From NCBI GenBank assembly GCA_027339205.1, contig DAHWOV010000114.1, forward strand, positions 750 to 64,749: a DNA stretch of 64,000 bases, given 5' to 3'. The notes below the pieces were generated by a model, which saw only the letters and a program-made list of their open reading frames with translations, searched no databases and had not been told where the DNA came from. Positions 1-8,957 of this stretch are shown piece after piece (within the stretch, counting starts at the first letter, position 1; each line of letters starts with the position of its first letter). The translations under genes were made by a program, and so were the position numbers. This DNA is from Acidimicrobiaceae bacterium. GTDB taxonomy: Bacteria > Actinomycetota > Acidimicrobiia > Acidimicrobiales > RAAP-2.

Positions 1-1253
1 ATGCTCCCGCCGACGGCGGCAACCGCCTTGAAGACCGCATCGTCGACCCGCTCGTCGTCGGGGGCGACGCCGGTCACGTTCACGTGGATGTTGCCGTCGC
101 CGACGTGGCCGAAGAGCCACACAGAGGCCGCTGGGGCCACGCCATGCACGATCGAGGGAAGCCGTCCGACCGTCTCGGCGAGGACCTCGTGCGGCAAGGT
201 CACGTCGAGCTTGTGGGGCACGCCGAGCGAGTTGATCGCCTCGGTGTGGCCCTCGCGGTACCCGAAGAGCGCGGCGATGCGCCGGGGGTCGAGGGCGACC
301 GCCGCATCCTCGATGCCGTCGAGCCCGGCAACGGCCTCCGTCAGCTCCCCGGCCGGGTCCGCAGTCCCTGACGCCTCCACGAGCAGGTAGGCCCCGTGCT
401 GCCCGGCGAGCGGGAGCGGTGCGCCGGTCACCTCGCACACGAGCTCCACACCTGCAGGCAGCATCAGCTCCGCCGCAGACAGCGTGGGGAGGCCGCGCCG
501 GAGCGCTTGGGCTGCGGCGACCGCCGACGCGGTGTCCCTCACGCCCAGGATCGCGGCGACCCGGTACGGCGCCGGCGGCACGAGGCGGAGGCGGACGGCG
601 GTCACGATGCCGAGGGTTCCCTCGCTCCCGCACAAGAGGGAGTGCAGGGCGTAGCCGGTGTTGTCCTTCAAGAGGCCGCCGAGGTGCTCGACGACGTCGC
701 CGTTGCCGAGCACCGCCTGGACCCCGAGCAGCTGGGCCCTGGTGTCGCCATAGCGCAGGACCCGGAGCCCCCCCGCGTTGGTGGCGACGTTCCCCCCGAT
801 GGTGGCGCTGTCCCGACCCCCGAGGTCCACCCCGTAGGCCCACCCGGCGTCGCGCGCCGCCACCTGGACGTCGGCCAGCGTCGCTCCGGCCTGGGCGCTC
901 AGCTGGCCCCCCGCCGCATCGACCGGCCCCACCCCCGCCAGCCGACGGAGGCTCACGACCACCTCGCCGTGGAGGGGGACGCCGCCGCCGACCATGCCGG
1001 TGTTGCCGCCCTGGGGCACGATCGCGACACCGCGGTCGCGGCAGAGCGCCACCAGCTCGGCGACCTCCTCCGCCGATCCGGGCCGCACGACCACCGGCGT
1101 CGCGCCCACGAACCGGCCGGTCCAGTCGACCGTGTACGAGGCCACGACGTCGGGCTCGGTGAGGACCTGCGGGTCGCCGACCACGTCTCGGAAGGACCTG
1201 AGCAGCGCCGGGTCGGGCCGCGCGGCAGCCGGAGGGCGGACGGAAGTGGTCAC
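1..1253 (-). CDS. FAD-linked oxidase, GlcD/D-lactate dehydrogenase-like (partial, C-terminus lies beyond the window start)
   Basis: Absent from the supplied ORF track. My own minus-strand translation from GTG at 1253 stays open to position 1. It reads VTTSVRPPAAARPDPALLRSFRDVVGDPQVLTEPDVVASYTVDWTGRF..VVRPGSAEEVAELVALCRDRGVAIVPQGGNTGMVGGGVP..GGRDSATIGGNVATNAGGLRVLRYG..LKDNTGYALHSLLCGSEGTLGIVTAV, which is the FAD-binding domain pattern of GlcD-family oxidases. Confidence 0.75.
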   Translation of the reverse strand, partial: MTTSVRPPAAARPDPALLRSFRDVVGDPQVLTEPDVVASYTVDWTGRFVGATPVVVRPGSAEEVAELVALCRDRGVAIVPQGGNTGMVGGGVPLHGEVVVSLRRLAGVGPVDAAGGQLSAQAGATLADVQVAARDAGWAYGVDLGGRDSATIGGNVATNAGGLRVLRYGDTRAQLLGVQAVLGNGDVVEHLGGLLKDNTGYALHSLLCGSEGTLGIVTAVRLRLVPPAPYRVAAILGVRDTASAVAAAQALRRGLPTLSAAELMLPAGVELVCEVTGAPLPLAGQHGAYLLVEASGTADPAGELTEAVAGLDGIEDAAVALDPRRIAALFGYREGHTEAINSLGVPHKLDVTLPHEVLAETVGRLPSIVHGVAPAASVWLFGHVGDGNIHVNVTGVAPDDERVDDAVFKAVAAVGGS

Positions 1254-1257
1254 CGGG

Positions 1258-1330
1258 AGCCTGGGGTGGGACTTGAACCCACGGCCTGCGCGTTACGAGT
1301 GCGCTGCTCTGCCGACTGAGCTACCCAGGC
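1258..1330 (-). tRNA. tRNA-Thr (anticodon CGT)
   Basis: The minus-strand sequence GCCTGGGTAGCTCAGTCGGCAGAGCAGCGCACTCGTAACGCGCAGGCCGTGGGTTCAAGTCCCACCCCAGGCT folds as a cloverleaf. It has a 7-bp acceptor stem GCCTGGG/CCCAGGC, D arm GCTC/GAGC, anticodon loop CT-CGT-AA and T arm GTGGG-TTCAAGT-CCCAC. CCA is not encoded. Confidence 0.9.
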
Positions 1331-1337
1331 GTTCGCT

Positions 1338-1364
1338 GGTCGGGTCACGGCCTCGGACCCGACC
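1338..1364 (-). terminator. Perfect 9-bp stem-loop between holB and tRNA-Thr (possible terminator or processing hairpin)
   Basis: GGTCGGGTC (1338-1346) pairs with GACCCGACC (1356-1364) around a 9-nt loop. There is no U-tract, so an intrinsic-terminator role is uncertain. Confidence 0.35.
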
Positions 1365-1471
1365 CGCCGGCCGTCGCCGACCCAGCCCCGAGATCGTAGG
1401 CGCGCCCGACGCAGGCCCACAACGCGCCGACCGGGCGCCCCGGGCCCCCACGCCCCCCGGGGCAGCGGAGC

Positions 1472-2584
1472 TCAGGCGTCGAGGCGCGCGAGGCGCACGA
1501 GAAGCGCCTCGAGGAGGAGCGTCTCCTGCGCGTTGCGCCGGAGCCCGGCCGCCGACTCGGTCACGAGCGCCACCGCCGCCCCGTACGCCCTCGCCTCGTC
1601 GGGGCGCCGCAGGGCCGCCCAGCCGGGATCGGGCGCCAGCGAGTCTGCGAGACGGTCGCGGTAGGTGCCGGCAAGGACCCCCAGGCCGATCCGGAGCTCC
1701 TCGGTCCGCCAGCGCCGCTCTTCGCGGTGCTGGCGTTCGAGCACCTCCTTGCGGCCCGGGAGGCCCCGCTCGCCCATGGCCTTGGCGTCCGTCTCGAGGG
1801 CGGCGAGCTCCGCTTCGTGCACGCGACGGAGCGGCGCCAGCGCCCGGTCGGTCGCGGCGAGCAGCTCGCGCGCGAGCGCTCCGGCGACCGCGCCGTGCCC
1901 GTCCAGACGCGACGGGATCGACCGCCACAGCGCGAGGCGGTCGACGAAGCCCGGGTCCTCAGCGAGCAGCCTCGCCCTCTCCACGCTGCCGCCGGCACCT
2001 TCTGCGACGAGCCGCGCCCGCTCCGGGTCCTCCCCGCCTTCGGCGAGCCACGCTGCGATGGTGGCGGTCCCAACGGGCGGGAACGGGATCTCGACGCATC
2101 GGCTCGCGACGGTCGCGAGGTCGGGCGGCACGTCGTCGGCGAGCAGGACGAACACCGTCGCTGCCGGCGGCTCCTCGAGGGTCTTGAGCAGCGCGGGCGC
2201 GGCACGGTCGGCAAGGTGGGCGTCGCCGACGACGAGCACCTGGCGCTGCGCCTGGAGCGGACGCCGCACGGCCAGGGCGCTGAGCCGACGGGCGTCGTCC
2301 ACATCGATCGCGGCGCCGGTCCTCTCGACGACGACCAAGTCGGGATGGACGCCGGCGAGGGCTCGGCGGCAGGTGTCGCACGCGCCGCATCCACCGTCCG
2401 GGCAGAGCAGCGCCGCGGCAAAGCCGCGCACGGCCGCGCGCGGCCCCGAACCGGGCTCGCCGACCAGGAGGTACGCGTGCACCGGGTGACGGGCTGCGGC
2501 GCGCAGAGCGGCCACCGCCCGCTCCTGTCCGACGACCGCGTCGAAGAGCGCGGCGGACGGGCGCTCGTCGGTTGGCGGGCTCAC
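1472..2584 (-). CDS. holB: DNA polymerase III subunit delta prime
   Basis: 370-aa ORF. It has an AAA+ clamp-loader N-terminus (HAYLLVGEPGSGPRAA), the zinc module CPDGGCGACDTCRRALAGVHPDL and an SRC motif (ATVASRCVEIPF). The GTG start overlaps the tmk stop (GTGA at 2581-2584). The topA-tmk-holB order is typical of Actinomycetota. Confidence 0.85.
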   Translation of the reverse strand: MSPPTDERPSAALFDAVVGQERAVAALRAAARHPVHAYLLVGEPGSGPRAAVRGFAAALLCPDGGCGACDTCRRALAGVHPDLVVVERTGAAIDVDDARRLSALAVRRPLQAQRQVLVVGDAHLADRAAPALLKTLEEPPAATVFVLLADDVPPDLATVASRCVEIPFPPVGTATIAAWLAEGGEDPERARLVAEGAGGSVERARLLAEDPGFVDRLALWRSIPSRLDGHGAVAGALARELLAATDRALAPLRRVHEAELAALETDAKAMGERGLPGRKEVLERQHREERRWRTEELRIGLGVLAGTYRDRLADSLAPDPGWAALRRPDEARAYGAAVALVTESAAGLRRNAQETLLLEALLVRLARLDA

Positions 2585-3219
2585 GGCCGGCTCCTCTCCG
2601 CCGAGGCGATCTCGAGGCGCCGGACGACCACGTCACGGAGCGCCGCGGCGACGGCGGCGACGTCACCGTCACCGTCGACGACCACCCAGCGCCGGGGGTC
2701 TTGCGCCGCAAGGGCGAGGTACCCCTCGCGAACCCGCGAGAAGAACTCCTCGTCGAGGCGCTCCAGGCGGTCCGTGGCCACCTGCGCGAGGCGGGCGCGC
2801 GCCACCGGCAGCGGGACGTCGACCACGACGTTGAGGTCGGCCTCGAGCCCGCGCGCAGCCCACGTCACGATCGGGCGCAGCTCGTCAGGTGGCAGGCCGC
2901 GGCCGTAGCCCTGGTAGGCGAGCGTCGATCCCGAGAAGCGGTCGGTCACGACCAGCTGGCCGGCGTCGAGCGCGGGGAGGACCACCTCGGCGACGTGCTG
3001 CGCCCGGTCCGCCGCCACGAGGAGCGCCTCTGACCGCACGTCGGGTGCCGGAGCGCCGGGCTCGAGGAGCAGGCGCCGGATCGCCTGGCCGAGCGCCGTC
3101 GCGCCGGGCTCGAAGGTGAGCGTCGCGCCGAGCGATCGAGCGAGGATCCTCGCCTGCGTCGACTTGCCACTGCCGTCGACCCCCTCCAACGCGACGAGCC
3201 GCCCGCCCCCGAGCGTCAC
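2581..3219 (-). CDS. tmk: dTMP (thymidylate) kinase
   Basis: 212-aa ORF with P-loop LVALEGVDGSGKSTQARILA, a DRF motif (VVTDRFSGSTLAYQG) and a LID-like region. The GTG start overlaps the topA stop. Confidence 0.9.
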   Translation of the reverse strand: MTLGGGRLVALEGVDGSGKSTQARILARSLGATLTFEPGATALGQAIRRLLLEPGAPAPDVRSEALLVAADRAQHVAEVVLPALDAGQLVVTDRFSGSTLAYQGYGRGLPPDELRPIVTWAARGLEADLNVVVDVPLPVARARLAQVATDRLERLDEEFFSRVREGYLALAAQDPRRWVVVDGDGDVAAVAAALRDVVVRRLEIASAERSRP

Positions 3220-6056
3220 CCGCTCGCCGTCTCCTCGGAGCCGCCCTGCGCCGGCCTCCCGCGGGGCTGCTTCTTCGGCGCGGTCTTCTTCGGCGCGGTC
3301 TTCTTCGCCGCGGTCTTCTTCGGCGCGGTCCGCCGGCGCGCCGGCGGGCCGGCTGCCCTGCGGTCCGCAAGCAGCTCCGAGGCGCGCTCGACCGTGATGG
3401 TCATCGGATCGTCGCCCTTGCGCAACGACGCGTTGGTGGTGCCGTCGCTGACGTAGGGGCCGAAGCGGCCCTCGCGCACCACGAGCGGCAGCCCCGTCTC
3501 GGGGTCGGCACCGAGCTCTCGGAGCGGTCCAGATGCCTGCGCGCGGCCTCTGCGGGTTTTCGGCTGGGCGAAGAGGGCGAGCGCGTCTTCCAGCGTCACG
3601 GTGAACAGCTGCTCCTCGGAGAGGAGGCTCCGCGTGTCGCTGCCACGCTTCAGGTAGGGGCCGAAGCGGCCGTTCGCTGCGAGGATCTCCTCGCCGCTCT
3701 CGGGATCGGTCCCAACGGTCCGCGGCAGGCGGAGCAGCTCGAGCGCCTGCTCGAGCGTGAGGGTCGCCGGCGACATCGACTTGAACAGCGACGCGGTCCG
3801 CGGCTTGCCGCCATCGGTGCTGGGGCCGAGCTGTACGTAGGGTCCATACCTCCCCGCCCGCACTTCGACCTCGAGGCCCGTCTCGGGATCGGTCCCGAGC
3901 ACGCGGTCGTTGGACGGCGCGTCGAGGAGCGCCTCCGCCCGATCGATGGTGAGCTCGTCGGGCGCGAGGTCCTCGGGGATCGAGGCACGGTCCTCCCCAC
4001 GCTGGAGGTAGGGACCGTAACGCCCCACCCGGGCGACGACCTGGCGGCCTTCGGCGTCGACGCCGATCGGGATGGAGTTGATCTCCCTCGCGTCGATCGC
4101 ACCGAGATGCTCGGCGACCGCCTCCTTCAGGCCCAGCCGAGCCGTGTCCGTCTCCCCGCCGGGCGCACCGGCGCCGGCCCGCCTGGTGGCGTCGCCGTTC
4201 TCTTCTTGCTTTCCTTTCCTCTCTCCACGCGCCTCGCCGAAGTAGAAGCGGGTGAGCCAGGGAAGCGCCTCCTCCCGCCCGCTCGCGATCTCGTCGAGCT
4301 CGTCTTCCATGGCCGCCGTGAAGCCGTAGTCCACGAGGTCGGGGAAGTAGCGCTCGAGCAGGCCGACGACGGCAAAGGCGGTGAAGCTGGGCACGAGCGC
4401 GGTGCCCTTCTTCCAGACGTACCCCCTGTCGAGGATGGTCGAGATGATGCTCGCGTACGTGGAAGGGCGCCCGACGCCGAGCTCCTCCATGGCTTTGACG
4501 AGCGACGCCTCGGTGTACCGGGCGGGGGGCTGGGTGGCGTGCGGCCCGGCCTCGAGCTCGAGCGCACGCACCCGGTCACCTCGCACGAGGTGCGGCAGGA
4601 CGACCTCACGGTCGGCGAGCTCCGCCTCTGGGTCGTCTTCGCCCTCCACGTACGCCCGGAGAAAGCCCGGAAACGAGATGACCCGCCCGCTCGCGGAGAC
4701 CTCCGCCTCCGAGCCGGCGAGAGCAGCGGCGCTCCCGGGCATCGTCGCAACCATCCTAACCTGCGCGCTCGTCCCGATCGCGTCGACCATCTGGGAGGCG
4801 ACGGTCCGCTTCCAGACGAGCTCGTAGAGACGCAGCTCTTCGCCGTGGAGGCTGTGGGACGCCTCGTCGGGAGTGCGGAAGACGTCGCCGGCCGGCCGGA
4901 TCGCCTCGTGCGCCTCCTGCGCGTTCTTGACCCGGCGCTCATAGCGCCTCGGCTGCGGCGGCACGTACTCGGTCCCGTAGAGGGCGGTCGCCTGGGCGCG
5001 GGCGGCCGCGAGCGCCTCGTCCGAGAGGGTCGTCGAGTCGGTGCGCATGTAGGTGATCCATCCCTGCTCGTAGAGGCGCTGGGCGACCTGCATCGCCCGC
5101 TGCGCGCTGAGCCGGAGCTTGCGCCCGGCCTCCTGCTGGAGCGTCGAGGTCATGAACGGCGCAGCAGGAGATCGGCGGAATGGCCGCTCGCTGACCGCCC
5201 GGACGGTGAAGACCCCTCCGGCGAGCCCCTCGGCGAGCGCTCGGGCCTCCGCCTCGGCGAGGACGCGCACCCGACCCCCCACCTCCCCGTGCTCGTCGAA
5301 GTCCTTTCCCGTGGCGATCGGAGTGCCGTCGAGCGAGACGAGGGTCGCCGCGAACTGCGCCGGCTCGGCTCCGGCGGACTCCTCCCCGCCGTCAGCCGAT
5401 GCCACCGGTGTCGGCGCGAAGGTGCCCTCGACCCCCCACCACGTCGCGGAGCGGAACCGCATACGCGCCCGTTCCCTCTCGACGACCATGCGCGTGGCGA
5501 CGCTCTGCACCCGCCCCGCCGAAAGGCGCGGCATCACCTTGCGCCACAGCACCGGCGAGACCTCGTAACCGTAGAGGCGGTCGAGGATCCGACGGGCTTC
5601 CTGCGCGTCCACCAGCCGGCGGTCGAGCTCGCGCCACTCCTGCACCGCGCGCCGGATCGCCGCGGGGGTGATCTCGTGGAACACCATCCGCTTCACCGGC
5701 ACGTGGGGCGCGAGCACCTCGGTGAGGTGCCATGCGATCGACTCGCCTTCTCGGTCTTCGTCCGTGGCGAGGTAGAGTTCGTCGGCGTCCTTCAGGCGGG
5801 CCTTCAGATTGGCGACCACCGACCGCTTCTCGGGAGAGACGACGTAGAGAGGCTTGAAGCCGTTGTTCACGTCGACTCCGAGGCGAGCCCACTCTTCGGT
5901 CTTGTAGGCGGCGGGCACCTCGTCGGCACCGCGCGGGAGGTCCCGGATGTGGCCGACGGACGACTCGACCACGAACTCGGGTCCGAGCATCCGCGAGATC
6001 GTGCGCGCCTTGGCCGGGGACTCGACGATGACGAGCGCCCTACCCAAGGCGTGCAC
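3216..6056 (-). CDS. topA: DNA topoisomerase I (type IA) with Lys-rich repeat tail
   Basis: 946-aa ORF. It has the Toprim N-terminus LVIVESPAKARTI, DEDREGE, and a catalytic-Tyr region (GWITYMRTDS). The C-terminal domains lack zinc-finger cysteines (repeated GRFGPY/GRYGPY units), and the tail is basic with APKKT repeats. An alternative TTG start at 6047 has better spacing from the GGGAGG Shine-Dalgarno. Confidence 0.95.
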   Translation of the reverse strand: MHALGRALVIVESPAKARTISRMLGPEFVVESSVGHIRDLPRGADEVPAAYKTEEWARLGVDVNNGFKPLYVVSPEKRSVVANLKARLKDADELYLATDEDREGESIAWHLTEVLAPHVPVKRMVFHEITPAAIRRAVQEWRELDRRLVDAQEARRILDRLYGYEVSPVLWRKVMPRLSAGRVQSVATRMVVERERARMRFRSATWWGVEGTFAPTPVASADGGEESAGAEPAQFAATLVSLDGTPIATGKDFDEHGEVGGRVRVLAEAEARALAEGLAGGVFTVRAVSERPFRRSPAAPFMTSTLQQEAGRKLRLSAQRAMQVAQRLYEQGWITYMRTDSTTLSDEALAAARAQATALYGTEYVPPQPRRYERRVKNAQEAHEAIRPAGDVFRTPDEASHSLHGEELRLYELVWKRTVASQMVDAIGTSAQVRMVATMPGSAAALAGSEAEVSASGRVISFPGFLRAYVEGEDDPEAELADREVVLPHLVRGDRVRALELEAGPHATQPPARYTEASLVKAMEELGVGRPSTYASIISTILDRGYVWKKGTALVPSFTAFAVVGLLERYFPDLVDYGFTAAMEDELDEIASGREEALPWLTRFYFGEARGERKGKQEENGDATRRAGAGAPGGETDTARLGLKEAVAEHLGAIDAREINSIPIGVDAEGRQVVARVGRYGPYLQRGEDRASIPEDLAPDELTIDRAEALLDAPSNDRVLGTDPETGLEVEVRAGRYGPYVQLGPSTDGGKPRTASLFKSMSPATLTLEQALELLRLPRTVGTDPESGEEILAANGRFGPYLKRGSDTRSLLSEEQLFTVTLEDALALFAQPKTRRGRAQASGPLRELGADPETGLPLVVREGRFGPYVSDGTTNASLRKGDDPMTITVERASELLADRRAAGPPARRRTAPKKTAAKKTAPKKTAPKKQPRGRPAQGGSEETASG
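3271..3330. repeat. 15-bp x4 tandem repeat encoding the (A/T)APKK tail of TopA
   Basis: TTCTTCGGCGCGGTC is repeated four times head-to-tail with one substitution. On the coding strand it gives KKTAAKKTAPKKTAPKK. Confidence 0.8.
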
Positions 6057-6183
6057 CTCCCTCTCGCGCCCGCTCCACCGAGCTACCTCCCTGGCTCACG
6101 ACGACAGGCCCACGACGACAGGCTCGGGGCTCCTTCGAGGTGCGAGGAAGGCATCGTGACGAGGACCGGGCCGTACGCCCGAG

Positions 6184-8526
<2,343 letters not shown>

Positions 8527-8904
8527 CCTCGCCGTCCTTTCCGACCTACGTCCGTGCTGGGCCGCACGCCCGCGCGTCGAGGGCTGCGACTTGGTTCACG
8601 CCACCGACTTCGCTCAATGCACCTTCTCCGGTTCCACGCTGCCCTGCGCTGCGGGCCACACCTCATCTCGATCTTCTCGGGCTCTTCTCGGCTGGACATC
8701 TCCTCGGCGCCTGCCCGCTGCGTCCGATCGGCTCCTGGCCGCCCGCCGGCACGGGCACCGGCGGTGCCGTGCGGGAGGACGCCCCGAGGTACAGCCCCCG
8801 AGGCGCAGGGGACGATAGCCACCTCCTGGGCCACCGGCAAGAGCCGGGGCAGAGCCCCGCCAAGAGCCACCGGCAAGTGCGGGGCAAGAGCCGGCGGCGA
8901 CCCT

Positions 8905-8933
8905 GGGGCCGCGGCAGGCTCCAGCGCGGCCCC
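8905..8933 (-). terminator. Stem-loop downstream of the APC/OB-fold gene
   Basis: GGGGCCGCG (8905-8913) pairs perfectly with CGCGGCCCC (8925-8933) around an 11-nt loop, about 25 nt after the stop codon at 8958-8960. There is no U-tract. Confidence 0.4.
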
Positions 8934-8957
8934 TCCCACTCGCCTGGCTCGTCCGCC

